A stretch of 60,838 nucleotides of DNA from a virus (taxonomy: Duplodnaviria; Caudoviricetes). The notes below the pieces were generated by a model that saw nothing but the letters and a program-made list of their open reading frames with translations, was not told the DNA's origin and did not search any database. Shown here one piece after another: positions 1-9,207 of the stretch. A program made the position numbers and the translations under genes. The DNA is taken from IMG/VR virus record IMGVR_UViG_3300048635_000011, positions 1 through 60,838 of that record, one strand, 5' to 3'. Every line of letters starts with the position of its first letter. Position 1 is the stretch's first letter.

Positions 1-21
1 TCTTCTTCTTATCTACTCCTA

Positions 22-110
22 CTATATAAACTATCTGGTGAAGCTTAGAGGGAGCAACGGAGCGTAGCGAGTAGCGGACTGATAAAGCTGTAGACAGATA
101 GTTTATATAG
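22..110 (+). other. Structured ssDNA-like hairpin, copy 1 (resembles a primosome-assembly/ssi signal)
   Basis: Perfect 16-bp outer stem (22-37/95-110), AGCTT/AAGCT inner stem, GA-GC-A-AC-GGA / GA-GT-A-GC-GGA arms, apical GC-GTA-GC triloop; homologous copies at 48077-48165 (+) and 48202-48259 (-). Confidence 0.75.
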
Positions 111-232
111 ATATTAAATACAAAATTATACCTCCACACTACCTATTATTTCTTGGTTCAAACACTACTGTATAATATATATAAGAGAGAATTTCTAATT
201 TTCCTTATACTACAATCACTTACGAGAAATGA

Positions 233-296
233 TGTATATAGATCCATATACATTTGTATATGAGCTGATATACATCTGTATATAGATCCATATACA
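233..296. repeat. Three tandem palindromic 20-bp units at 22-bp period (iteron/operator-like)
   Basis: TGTATAT-agatcc-ATATACA at 233 and 277, TGTATAT-gagctg-ATATACA at 255; directly upstream of the RepL-like ORF. Confidence 0.9.
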
Positions 297-318
297 TTTA
301 GGTATTATTGGGGAATTT

Positions 319-768
319 ATGACCACAATACAGAAGCAAATTATTCTTGAGCAACTGGATACTTCTACAGGTGAAATTGAAACTACAGCAGTAGAAACTC
401 ATACCTATACAAAAACCAAAACAAAGAAATATGCTTGGTTATTTATAGAAGAACTCCATAGGTTATGGTTGTTAAACGAAATGGAATTAAAACTATTTAC
501 TCACATGATAACCATAATGGATGGTACAACTAACACAGCGGCTTATACTGCTCCTGAAAAGAAGTTAGTAATACAATCCCTCACAGAGAAAGAACTCACT
601 CCTAGAAGCGCAGGAATGCGGTTTAGTCAGCTAGTTTCTGGACTCTGTAAAAAAGGAGTTATTACCAAGGTAACCACCTGCTCTTATTTACTTGATCCTG
701 ATTTAATATCTTATGGTTTTGATGGGTTTAAACAAATAGAGAAGAATAGAGCTATATTTAATCAATAA
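319..768 (+). CDS. RepL-like winged-helix DNA-binding/replication protein
   Basis: 149 aa; C-terminal 'LCKKGVITKV...YLLDPDLISYG' resembles the RepL-family wing motif (L..kgii.k...Y.lNP....G); adjacent to iteron-like repeats. Confidence 0.55.
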   Translation: MTTIQKQIILEQLDTSTGEIETTAVETHTYTKTKTKKYAWLFIEELHRLWLLNEMELKLFTHMITIMDGTTNTAAYTAPEKKLVIQSLTEKELTPRSAGMRFSQLVSGLCKKGVITKVTTCSYLLDPDLISYGFDGFKQIEKNRAIFNQ

Positions 769-769
769 G

Positions 770-791
770 TATATTAGAATATTCTAATATA
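770..791. repeat. Perfect 22-bp palindrome TATATTAGAATATTCTAATATA
   Basis: Immediately after the ORF 319-768 stop; near-identical copy at 47863-47881. Confidence 0.85.
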
Positions 792-812
792 GAACCGAAA
801 AAAAAAATAAGG

Positions 813-1034
813 GTGCTGAAAATGAGAGAAACAAACGATAAATTAGTTGGTACATTAATAGGAGTAGATAGTCATGCTATGAGTATTATTAATCACTTTA
901 CACAAGCTGCTAAAGCACAAGGATGGGTAGAAGAAGATATAAATGAAGTAGTAGAGGATGCTATGTCAAGTACTTATGAATATTTAATACAGACTATCAC
1001 AAACCAGTTTATTATGAGAGAAGAAGTAGTATGA
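813..1034 (+). CDS. Small conserved phage protein
   Basis: LIGVDSHAMSII...AAKAQGW...I..V...AMS..Y pattern common in phage proteins; overlaps next gene by ATGA coupling. Confidence 0.7.
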   Translation: MLKMRETNDKLVGTLIGVDSHAMSIINHFTQAAKAQGWVEEDINEVVEDAMSSTYEYLIQTITNQFIMREEVV

Positions 1035-1339
1035 AATACTTAAAGTTAAGAAAATTATTAAGGGACTCTGCTCCTTCTATGAGTGAATATAGAGAACCTT
1101 TTATTAAGCGAGTTAATTTCCTCTTAAACGAAAGAAGAAGACTACGAGAGCATTGGCTAACTATAGAGGATGTAAACAAGTTTACAGAGTATAGAAAGAA
1201 GAACCAAATAGCTTTAAAAGATTTATTAGAATTTATGCAAAAAGATCCTAACACATTTGGGACTAACATAGGATACTGTGTATCCCCTATTGCTTGGATT
1301 GAACAAGAACTTAATCACAAATATGAGGAAAGACAATGA
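1031..1339 (+). CDS. Hypothetical protein
   Basis: Translationally coupled (ATGA overlap) within a dense operon. Confidence 0.7.
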   Translation: MKYLKLRKLLRDSAPSMSEYREPFIKRVNFLLNERRRLREHWLTIEDVNKFTEYRKKNQIALKDLLEFMQKDPNTFGTNIGYCVSPIAWIEQELNHKYEERQ

Positions 1340-1818
1340 ATACCATTAAAAAAACTTTACTGGGTATAACCTTAGTACTAACCGTAGGAGTAGCTTACCC
1401 ATTAGATAAGAGCACACCTAAAGCACTTAAGACTTGCCATGATGGGAAGAAAGCTATTGGTAGACAAATTAGATTTATCCGTAATTTTAAACGATTACGC
1501 CCACTTATAGTAACTAGAGCTAAATTAGCTGATATGATTAAGGCATCCCCTTGGTGTAAATTGGTTAAACCTAAAGGTAAGCACGGAGGTAATCACATGG
1601 TTGTTCTTCATTACAACTCTAAAGGTATTGTCGGTAAGCAATATAAGTTTAATTGGGAAGACACTAAAAGAATAAATCCTGACAGAGCTAGATATAGAAC
1701 TTGTGCTGCACCTTATGATGTTAGTGTGTTAAAGCAAGAAATAAAGTTATTAAAAGCTATGCCTGACGGAAACTTTAAAGGGGTCTGTGTATTAACAGCA
1801 GGTAACTTTAACTTTTAA
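1336..1818 (+). CDS. Putative secreted/periplasmic protein
   Basis: N-terminal KK + hydrophobic stretch + VAY (signal-peptide-like); GAGG RBS; 4 Cys. Confidence 0.65.
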   Translation: MNTIKKTLLGITLVLTVGVAYPLDKSTPKALKTCHDGKKAIGRQIRFIRNFKRLRPLIVTRAKLADMIKASPWCKLVKPKGKHGGNHMVVLHYNSKGIVGKQYKFNWEDTKRINPDRARYRTCAAPYDVSVLKQEIKLLKAMPDGNFKGVCVLTAGNFNF

Positions 1819-1828
1819 AGGGGCTAAC

Positions 1829-2221
1829 ATGGATATTACTAAGTTTATTTTATTAGAACTTATTAGATTAGGTGACATAAGACACTTAAACAATAAGCAT
1901 AAAGAGTTAATTAATACGACTTCTTACACTGTAGAGTATATTGAAAAGTATATTAAAGATAATATTAGAGTTACAGGAGAGAATGGTATGTTTACTTGTT
2001 ATGAGGACACGCTAGTTTTCAAAACTTGTAATGAAGAAGTAGAGAAAGAGCTACTAGAGATTATGGAGGGTACACCAGAGTTATTAGACTTATTACCTAA
2101 TGAACCAACTGATATACCTACTTACCTACGCAAAGGTATAGAGCTGCTAAAGAGCTACACAAAGGAAGAGAACCCTAAAGTGGTCGCTAGAGCATTATTA
2201 AAATTTAAGGAAAAACAATGA
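1829..2221 (+). CDS. Hypothetical protein
   Basis: RBS AAGGGG, operon context. Confidence 0.7.
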   Translation: MDITKFILLELIRLGDIRHLNNKHKELINTTSYTVEYIEKYIKDNIRVTGENGMFTCYEDTLVFKTCNEEVEKELLEIMEGTPELLDLLPNEPTDIPTYLRKGIELLKSYTKEENPKVVARALLKFKEKQ

Positions 2222-2418
2222 AATTTTTAGAATTAACACACCCTAATGATAATACAAAAGTACTAGTTAATATGGCTTTGGTTACTGATATAGAGGCAGC
2301 TCCAGAAGGTACATACTTGTTCTTTAACTATCATGATGCAAGTATGGGTGAACCAGCTTTTAGACGTGTTAAAGAGCCTCTCAGTGAGATTATATTATTA
2401 ATAAAAGGATTAAAGTAA
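2218..2418 (+). CDS. Small hypothetical protein (FlbD-like pattern)
   Basis: 'MKFLELT...VLVN..LVTDIE...T.L......VKE.L.EI' resembles FlbD-like small proteins. Confidence 0.6.
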   Translation: MKFLELTHPNDNTKVLVNMALVTDIEAAPEGTYLFFNYHDASMGEPAFRRVKEPLSEIILLIKGLK

Positions 2419-3029
2419 TGATTAACTGGTCACACGATGAATATATGCCTAATGGTTTACAACTACGCATAGAAACAACAGAAAACGATAGTGATTATCC
2501 AGAATTTTATACCTATGATGTTGGTAAACAACAAGCAGTTGACATTATAAGAAAACTTTTATTAGCCCCTGAGACTACTGAAGAGTTAGAGGAGTTAGAT
2601 GCTTCACTACAAGAATTTTACATTAGCTATCTTGGGTATGATTATGAAGGAAATAACCTACGGTTATTTGCTGGGTGGACTCTCTATAAGTATAGAGTGA
2701 AAGACGCAAAGATTGTTAAAACCTACTACAAACTAGGAAAGAAAATAATGAGAGTACTTGAAGCGATAACTTCACTAGAATTATTAGTTGTAAAACAACC
2801 TAATAATAAAGAATTGGTTGGTCTAATAGAAGACTGTAAGAAGTACTTACTGGACTCTGCAACTAGAGATAAATGGATAAAAAATGGTGATGAAACAGGC
2901 ATTAATAGTAATACATTAGAGAAGACTTTATATAGTATTGGTATCCAAAATAATACCCCTAAAGTAGTAGACTTAGCCTTAGATTTAAGAGAGCTTCGTA
3001 TTAATCGAGAACAACGGAATTCAAAATGA
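2418..3029 (+). CDS. Hypothetical protein
   Basis: TAATG coupling, 203 aa ORF. Confidence 0.7.
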   Translation: MINWSHDEYMPNGLQLRIETTENDSDYPEFYTYDVGKQQAVDIIRKLLLAPETTEELEELDASLQEFYISYLGYDYEGNNLRLFAGWTLYKYRVKDAKIVKTYYKLGKKIMRVLEAITSLELLVVKQPNNKELVGLIEDCKKYLLDSATRDKWIKNGDETGINSNTLEKTLYSIGIQNNTPKVVDLALDLRELRINREQRNSK

Positions 3030-3226
3030 ATGAATTACTGGACTTTGTAGAAGAATTTTTTAAGCAACATAAGGAAGCTGTTATGAAAGCAGTTAAAAGT
3101 ACGGATGCTGGTAAAGCACTAGCAGATGAAATCAAAGTAATGCAACAACGTAACCAATATGAAGAAGCAGGTGAAATGCTTAGTATCTTGGTTAAGTACC
3201 ATCAAATTAAAGGAAAGGTAAAATGA
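3026..3226 (+). CDS. Hypothetical protein
   Basis: ATGA coupling at both ends. Confidence 0.65.
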   Translation: MNELLDFVEEFFKQHKEAVMKAVKSTDAGKALADEIKVMQQRNQYEEAGEMLSILVKYHQIKGKVK

Positions 3227-3615
3227 GTAATAAAAAAGTAGGTGCAATTAATTTATTGTTAGCAGGAACTGTAGGAGGGATACTCCCTTTTGCTATGACT
3301 TCTGTAGCTGCTAACTTAATGGAAGCTAGTACTTTAGTAACGTATATATTGTGTACTGGAGTCTTTATTCTAAACTTAGTTATCAGTATGAATAGTAATT
3401 CATGGGGTAAAGCATGGAGTACAGGGTTCTACCTTAGTAGTACTATGGCTTTCCTAGCACCAATAGCTTCATTTATAGGTGTATTAGTATCACTACAAGT
3501 TATAAATGCTACTGTTATTATGGGAGCTTTAGTAGTTAATATTATTACTGCTATCCTATTCACTTCAGTATCATTAGCTTTATATGTTGTTGGTTCAGCT
3601 CTAAGCAAACACTAA
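3223..3615 (+). CDS. Membrane protein (about 4 TM helices)
   Basis: Almost entirely hydrophobic 130 aa. Confidence 0.7.
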   Translation: MSNKKVGAINLLLAGTVGGILPFAMTSVAANLMEASTLVTYILCTGVFILNLVISMNSNSWGKAWSTGFYLSSTMAFLAPIASFIGVLVSLQVINATVIMGALVVNIITAILFTSVSLALYVVGSALSKH

Positions 3616-3624
3616 AGGAAACAT

Positions 3625-3816
3625 ATGAAACTACCTCCTTGGTTGTACCTTCATATTCAAGCATTAGGGGCAGACCCTAGTTTAGAGTATGAAGAGTTAA
3701 TCTTATCTATAGACAAACTACTAGATGAGATTAACTACAAGGATTATGCAAGACACTATGCACTAGATGATGCAGCTTGTATATTATTAACAATGAAACA
3801 AAGAAAGGAAATTTAA
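3625..3816 (+). CDS. Hypothetical protein
   Basis: AAGGA RBS. Confidence 0.6.
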   Translation: MKLPPWLYLHIQALGADPSLEYEELILSIDKLLDEINYKDYARHYALDDAACILLTMKQRKEI

Positions 3817-3817
3817 T

Positions 3818-4030
3818 ATGAAATCAACAAAGCGTAGAGCTATTGGTTTAGGTACAGCAGATAACGATACTCCAGTAGGTACAATACCTGCTCTATTAAC
3901 TAAAGCTCAAAAGGATGCTTTTACTAAAGGAGACTGGAGAAGAGCTTGTGACATAACAGATGTAACTATTGATATGTTAAAAGGAGCTGCTCTAGCTACA
4001 GGTATTAAAAATATAAGAAACAAATATTAA
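3818..4030 (+). CDS. Hypothetical protein
   Basis: AAGGA RBS; followed by hairpin. Confidence 0.6.
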   Translation: MKSTKRRAIGLGTADNDTPVGTIPALLTKAQKDAFTKGDWRRACDITDVTIDMLKGAALATGIKNIRNKY

Positions 4031-4038
4031 AATATGAG

Positions 4039-4057
4039 AAGTCCCTCTGGGACTTTT
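4039..4057 (+). terminator. Putative intrinsic terminator
   Basis: AAGTCCC-tct-GGGACTT followed by TT. Confidence 0.55.
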
Positions 4058-4089
4058 GTGAAATTAACCAATTAAATAGAGGATAGTAT

Positions 4090-4560
4090 ATGGCTAGTTG
4101 GCTACAGAAGAAAAGACAAGCATTCAGTAAGTGGAATAAGCAAGATGAAGATAAAGCCGCCGCTAAAGCAGTTGATGACCACAATAAAGGTAATGGTATT
4201 ACTGGTTCTGATTATACAACAGCAGATGCGGTTAATAGTAGAGTACAAGAATATAGACGTAGTACTCATAGCGGTGGTAACTCTACTAATGCAGCGGATA
4301 TGTACCTTAGAGAGTTGGCTGAACGTGATGCAGCAGACAAAGCATACGCAGCTAGAGAAGCTGATTATAAATTGCTATTAGGTTTATGGGAACACTCTGA
4401 TATGATTGGTACACCAGCTTATAAAGCAAGACGTATAGCAAGCATGTTAAATAGTCGCCCTAGAGCAATAGAAAGAAGAATACATGACGCTAAGATTCAC
4501 TCCTTTGAATGGTGTGAACGAGAAGACGCTAGAGCAAAGTTACTTGGAGGTAACCGATAA
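4090..4560 (+). CDS. Hypothetical protein
   Basis: GAGGA RBS, 156 aa. Confidence 0.7.
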   Translation: MASWLQKKRQAFSKWNKQDEDKAAAKAVDDHNKGNGITGSDYTTADAVNSRVQEYRRSTHSGGNSTNAADMYLRELAERDAADKAYAAREADYKLLLGLWEHSDMIGTPAYKARRIASMLNSRPRAIERRIHDAKIHSFEWCEREDARAKLLGGNR

Positions 4561-4892
4561 TGGCTAATAAAGTAGAAAAGAGAGGTAGCAACAAACGCTA
4601 CTACGCATTAAAGAAGGGTATTAGTACAAGTCGTACTGGCTACCGTAGGAATGGGCATAATCGTACAGAAAAGTGCCCTACGGTGAACGCAGACTTAGGA
4701 AACACCATTGCTTTACTACTAGTACAACTAGCTACTAAACATGGGGTTAGAACCTTAAAAGGTAAACCAGTTACTAAGTGGACACCAGCAGAATCTTGTA
4801 CCACAGGAGGGGGATTTAACGTATTGCGTCCTTATGTGAATACACACAGCTTAAACGCTGAATTTAATAAGTATACCCATACACCTGTGTAG
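4560..4892 (+). CDS. Basic hypothetical protein
   Basis: GGAGG RBS, TAATG coupling. Confidence 0.7.
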   Translation: MANKVEKRGSNKRYYALKKGISTSRTGYRRNGHNRTEKCPTVNADLGNTIALLLVQLATKHGVRTLKGKPVTKWTPAESCTTGGGFNVLRPYVNTHSLNAEFNKYTHTPV

Positions 4893-4910
4893 GTAAAAAA
4901 TAATATTTAA

Positions 4911-4938
4911 AAGCCCTAGTTACAGGGCTTACTTTTTT
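4911..4938 (+). terminator. Putative intrinsic terminator
   Basis: AAGCCCT-agttac-AGGGCTT then ACTTTTTT. Confidence 0.65.
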
Positions 4939-4952
4939 AAGGAAATACTCTA

Positions 4953-7004
4953 ATGAGTGAATTTAAGATTTTTGCGGATGCTGTAAACAAAGCATTAAAT
5001 GATTTACAAAATACTACTACCTTATATGTAGTAAATACACGAAAGAAAGAAGTTTTTAACAAATACTTAAGTCTATTCCCTGATGGTACAGATAAAGTAT
5101 CCGAAAGAACAGGAAATACCCATCATCAATGTAATTGCTGTAGTCATTTCATACGGGATGTGGGTAATGTTGTAGCTATTAGTGATGATTTATCTATTAC
5201 TACTATATGGGGGGATTTGGATTTACCTTACCCTTATGATGTAGTAGCCAAAGGTTTAGATGAATTTATAAAAACTAAAGCTATTAAAGGTGTCTTTTTA
5301 TTAAACACTAATAAAGTAGGGGAAAAAAGTAATATTCAAACTACTTTTGGGTTTGAACAAACCCCATTACCTACTGCTATTAAATGGCATCACTTTTATG
5401 GTGTAGTTAAATCAAGATATATTTCACAGGAAATTAGCACCAAACAAGCAGAAGCTGCTAGTTCTGTACAAGTTATTAAACGTGTGCTTACAGAATTCTC
5501 CATAGATGTTGCTGAGTACATATTAGAGTTAATTCAAGATCCTACTCAACCACTCTATAGAGGGGAAGAGTTTAAACCTTTAGTAAAAGAATTTATTCTC
5601 AACAAACAACTCTATGATTCAGTACCTTTAGAATTAAAAAATACTTATATTTGGGCAGGTAAAGCCAATAAACTACGTGGGTTACGTAATTCCCCTATTG
5701 GTAAATTAATTGAGAATATCACTCAAGGAGTAGATAAACAAAAAGCCATCTATAAATATTTAGACATGGTAGCTCCTGATAACTATCAACGTCCTAAAAA
5801 TATCGCAATAACCCAATCTATGTTGGAAAAGCATATTAAACTAATTGATAATTTAGGTTTAACTCATTCTTTAGGTAGACAACATGCAAGCCTACAAGAT
5901 ATGAGCCTTAAAGATATTTACTTTGGTTCTCAAACTCATATTGATACTTTTAAAGACACTAATCCTTTAATGGATGTATTAAAGAGTGTAGTAACCCACA
6001 AAACTTCTACTAAAGGGGCACTACACATTGGTATTGAGGAGTTCTTTAATGAAGTATTACCTAATATAGACACAATGGAGTTATTACTAACTAATGATAT
6101 TACAAATAACTTAGTAAATATTACTAAAAATAGTAATCCTGATAGTAAAAACATATTCAAATGGGATAACCCTTTTGCTATTAGTTATATAAATAATACT
6201 GCTGATGCTAACCCTATTAAAGACTTAGTTGAGAAACGAGGTGGTGATGTAAATGCTCATTTACGTGTATCCTTAGCATGGGAAACTCGTTCTGATTTAG
6301 ATATATCAGTAAATACCCCTAATATGGGGCATATTGGGTTTAGCTCTAAACAAGGTGTATTAGATATAGATGCTAATTTCAATCATATTGTAACTGATCC
6401 TGTAGAAAACTTACGTTGGTCTAAGAATCAATTAGCCACTGGGGATTACCCTATTCACGTTAATAATTACAGTATTAGAGAAGGAGGTAATTCTTTTACT
6501 ATTCAAGTTGAGTTTAAAGGTGAAATAACCAATTATACTTACCCACTAAATCTTACTACACGAGTGGATGCTTTCACTTTAAAGTATAATAAAAAGAAAG
6601 ACACTATTAGAATTGTTAAGTTAGATAAGCGATTTACTAGTGATGCTGTAGCTAAAGAAATATGGGGTTTAAAAACCAATACATTTATTCCAGTTACTAT
6701 GGCTACTTTATCCCCTAATTATTGGGGATTTGACAAAGGTAATAAACATTACCTATTCATGTTAGAAGGGTGTAGAAACCCTGATCCTGTTCGTGGTATA
6801 TATAATGAGTTTTTGGTGGATACTTTGCGTACTGCTAGAAAGTCCTTGGAGTTACTAGCTAATAAAACCATGTGTGAATACTCGGACAACCAATTAGCAG
6901 GAGTTGGATTCTCTTCTACTGTAGATAATACTATTACTGTTAAAACAAAAGGGGATTTATCCCGCACTTATATAATTAAATTTGGAGGCATTCAGAATGC
7001 TTAA
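4953..7004 (+). CDS. Large conserved phage protein with HxCxCC motif and a YfaP/DUF2135-like domain
   Basis: 683 aa; HHQCNCCSHFIR; 'LRVSLAW..SDLDISV..P...LDIDAN...PVENLRW' matches the DUF2135-like pattern. Confidence 0.65.
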   Translation: MSEFKIFADAVNKALNDLQNTTTLYVVNTRKKEVFNKYLSLFPDGTDKVSERTGNTHHQCNCCSHFIRDVGNVVAISDDLSITTIWGDLDLPYPYDVVAKGLDEFIKTKAIKGVFLLNTNKVGEKSNIQTTFGFEQTPLPTAIKWHHFYGVVKSRYISQEISTKQAEAASSVQVIKRVLTEFSIDVAEYILELIQDPTQPLYRGEEFKPLVKEFILNKQLYDSVPLELKNTYIWAGKANKLRGLRNSPIGKLIENITQGVDKQKAIYKYLDMVAPDNYQRPKNIAITQSMLEKHIKLIDNLGLTHSLGRQHASLQDMSLKDIYFGSQTHIDTFKDTNPLMDVLKSVVTHKTSTKGALHIGIEEFFNEVLPNIDTMELLLTNDITNNLVNITKNSNPDSKNIFKWDNPFAISYINNTADANPIKDLVEKRGGDVNAHLRVSLAWETRSDLDISVNTPNMGHIGFSSKQGVLDIDANFNHIVTDPVENLRWSKNQLATGDYPIHVNNYSIREGGNSFTIQVEFKGEITNYTYPLNLTTRVDAFTLKYNKKKDTIRIVKLDKRFTSDAVAKEIWGLKTNTFIPVTMATLSPNYWGFDKGNKHYLFMLEGCRNPDPVRGIYNEFLVDTLRTARKSLELLANKTMCEYSDNQLAGVGFSSTVDNTITVKTKGDLSRTYIIKFGGIQNA

Positions 7005-7434
7005 TAAATATAGAGAAGCTTTATTAAAAAATACTCAGTTCCCTACTTCAAAAGGTAATGTACCTCTTCGTGTACTTTTTTCTATGCCTATTGTACGTGA
7101 TAGTAAATATAGAAAAACAGGCTCAGCTCCTGTAGATAACTTTACCTTAGAGTACACAGCTAATTTGTTGGCTAAAGACATACATAATCCTTCAACTATT
7201 AGCTTTTCCACTAAGAAGCCTACTAAATCTAAAGCAGAGCTTAAATTAGAGCTTGTGCAAGATATTGTAGAGTATCGACAGGAGAAAGAAAAGAAAGCTG
7301 TAGAAGCTAACATACAACGTACTGCTACATTGCATAGAAAACAAAAGTTACAAGAACGTTTAGTAGCTATACAAGAAGGCAAAATTGAAGAGCTAAGTGA
7401 AGAAGAAATCCGTAAAGAACTTGGTTTAGATTAA
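6997..7434 (+). CDS. Conserved coiled-coil phage protein (partner of the 683-aa gene)
   Basis: F.TSKG.V.L..LF.MP N-terminus, charged helical C-terminus; start at ATG 6997 after GGAGG. Confidence 0.7.
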   Translation: MLNKYREALLKNTQFPTSKGNVPLRVLFSMPIVRDSKYRKTGSAPVDNFTLEYTANLLAKDIHNPSTISFSTKKPTKSKAELKLELVQDIVEYRQEKEKKAVEANIQRTATLHRKQKLQERLVAIQEGKIEELSEEEIRKELGLD

Positions 7435-7475
7435 TTTATAGGAAGGTTAGGGGGTAACCCCTACCTACAATTAAA

Positions 7476-7766
7476 ATGAAAACATTATTAACGACTACAC
7501 TGACTACATTATTACTAGCTACAACTCCTATATTTGCATCCTGTGGAAACTTGTTTGATACAGAACATGATGCGATTGCAGATGATCTGCAAGATTCTTA
7601 TCCAACATGGATTGCATATGACATTAAATATAAAGCTGTGGTGGGCAATGTATCTCATCTTGACTTAGTAGTAGACCTACCTTATGGGCATACTGCTTTT
7701 ATTAAGGCTTTACCAGTAGAAAATAACCCCACTTACACCGCTTATATGGTACGTTGTGATGACTAA
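7476..7766 (+). CDS. Putative secreted protein
   Basis: MKTLL...LLLATTPIFA signal-peptide-like N-terminus. Confidence 0.6.
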   Translation: MKTLLTTTLTTLLLATTPIFASCGNLFDTEHDAIADDLQDSYPTWIAYDIKYKAVVGNVSHLDLVVDLPYGHTAFIKALPVENNPTYTAYMVRCDD

Positions 7767-8391
7767 TATTAATAAAGTCTATGCAGAATCTAATAGATTC
7801 CAACGATTATTTAATAGTAATATAAATAGTAAGCTGCTCGGCTCTATGCTATTAAGTGAAATTAACGAAACTATAGAAGCATTTATAGCAGAGGATACTA
7901 CAGAAATACGTGACGGGTTATGTGATATAGCAGTATTATCTTTAGCTGCTTGTATTGTTATAAATACTCCTACAAGCACCTTAAATTATTCAGGGAGTAC
8001 TTCAGTAAACTATAAACGCTTAATGACTAATGTATTAGGGCAAGCATCTTACATTGTAGGGGAACTCCTTGTAGTAGAAGATACCCCTACTAGATTAGAT
8101 ATAGTTGATATAGATGACGTACTAGACGCTATCCAAACGTACTATTTAAGCAAACTACCTAATCACTCTTTTATCGCTGATTTACATGAAATTGTTACAT
8201 CCAATATGAGTAAATTTTGTAAAACTAATGAAGTAAATTCCACTATCAGCAAATATGAAGCTTTAGGTGTAAAAGTTGACACTCGTTGTATTGATGAAAA
8301 TCTATACGCTTGCTTTGCAGCTACTAATACTAAAGTAGCTCCAAAAGGTAAGCTTCTTAAATGTATAAATTACAAGCGACCAAACTTATGA
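7756..8391 (+). CDS. MazG/PRA-PH-like NTP pyrophosphohydrolase
   Basis: 'SEINETIEA...EIRDGLCDIAV' and 'EIVTSNMSK' motifs; C-terminal GKLLK..NY..P. Confidence 0.75.
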   Translation: MMTNINKVYAESNRFQRLFNSNINSKLLGSMLLSEINETIEAFIAEDTTEIRDGLCDIAVLSLAACIVINTPTSTLNYSGSTSVNYKRLMTNVLGQASYIVGELLVVEDTPTRLDIVDIDDVLDAIQTYYLSKLPNHSFIADLHEIVTSNMSKFCKTNEVNSTISKYEALGVKVDTRCIDENLYACFAATNTKVAPKGKLLKCINYKRPNL

Positions 8392-8630
8392 AAGTATTAG
8401 TAAAAAAAGCTGTAGTTAATGTACCTCCAGAAGATATAGGGGTACTACTAACTAAAATGACTCCTTCGGAGTTAATATGGTGCTTTCAAAGCTATAATAA
8501 ACAAGCGTACATAAGCACTCCTACTGAATGGCACAAGAAAAGTACCATTATAATGCAACAACTACATAACCTCGTATGGGATAGAGGTGTACCTATTATA
8601 AAGAAGGATAATACCCATGACAAAAAGTGA
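8388..8630 (+). CDS. Hypothetical protein
   Basis: ATGA coupling with upstream gene. Confidence 0.55.
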   Translation: MKVLVKKAVVNVPPEDIGVLLTKMTPSELIWCFQSYNKQAYISTPTEWHKKSTIIMQQLHNLVWDRGVPIIKKDNTHDKK

Positions 8631-9165
8631 TATTAAAAAACTTTTAGAGAAAAGCAAAGCAATACTTATTGGTTCGGAAGCACTGGAAGCTTCTACAGAA
8701 GATTCTGATTTAGACTACATTATGCTACAAAGTGAAGTAGCTGACATTGAAAATTTACTTCCTTTAAGAGTAATAAATACTCGAAACACATTAACAGATA
8801 GCCCTTCATTCGACCTAGATAGACATAGTGGTATTTATCAATACCATTGCTACGATTTAGAAGCATCTACAGGCTTTAAAATAGATTTCTTATTATTTAA
8901 TGATGTAACAAAGTTTAGAGCTACAAAAAATGCTGCGCTAGTAAGTAAATTTATCCATCATAATGTAGCTAATTTACAGAATAAAGATGAACGTGTTCGC
9001 ACATTTGTTAATTTATACCAACATTTCTATGAACATCCTAATAATAAATTATTATCTACTCCTCCTATTGATACAGTTTCTGTAAAAGATGATGTGTATC
9101 ATAGATTACATGAAGAGTTAAACTATGCTGAAAGACCATACTTAGAATTACATACAACATTTTAA
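8617..9165 (+). CDS. Pol-beta-superfamily nucleotidyltransferase-like protein
   Basis: hhGS-x9-DxD motif (LIGSEALEASTEDSDLDY) and third acidic residue in KIDFL. Confidence 0.65.
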   Translation: MTKSDIKKLLEKSKAILIGSEALEASTEDSDLDYIMLQSEVADIENLLPLRVINTRNTLTDSPSFDLDRHSGIYQYHCYDLEASTGFKIDFLLFNDVTKFRATKNAALVSKFIHHNVANLQNKDERVRTFVNLYQHFYEHPNNKLLSTPPIDTVSVKDDVYHRLHEELNYAERPYLELHTTF

Positions 9166-9207
9166 TTATTACCCCCCTACTAAGTTATTTAGTAGGGAAG
9201 GATTTAT

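Noticed and set aside
37-94. Hammerhead or hairpin ribozyme reading of the repeated hairpin
   Set aside because: CTGATA-like and GAA bits are not conserved in the required arrangement across the three copies; the GNA triloop/G.A pattern fits ssDNA better.
233-296. CRISPR array interpretation of the 22-bp repeats (also 47900-47963)
   Set aside because: Units are contiguous with 2-bp linkers and no spacers; no cas genes.
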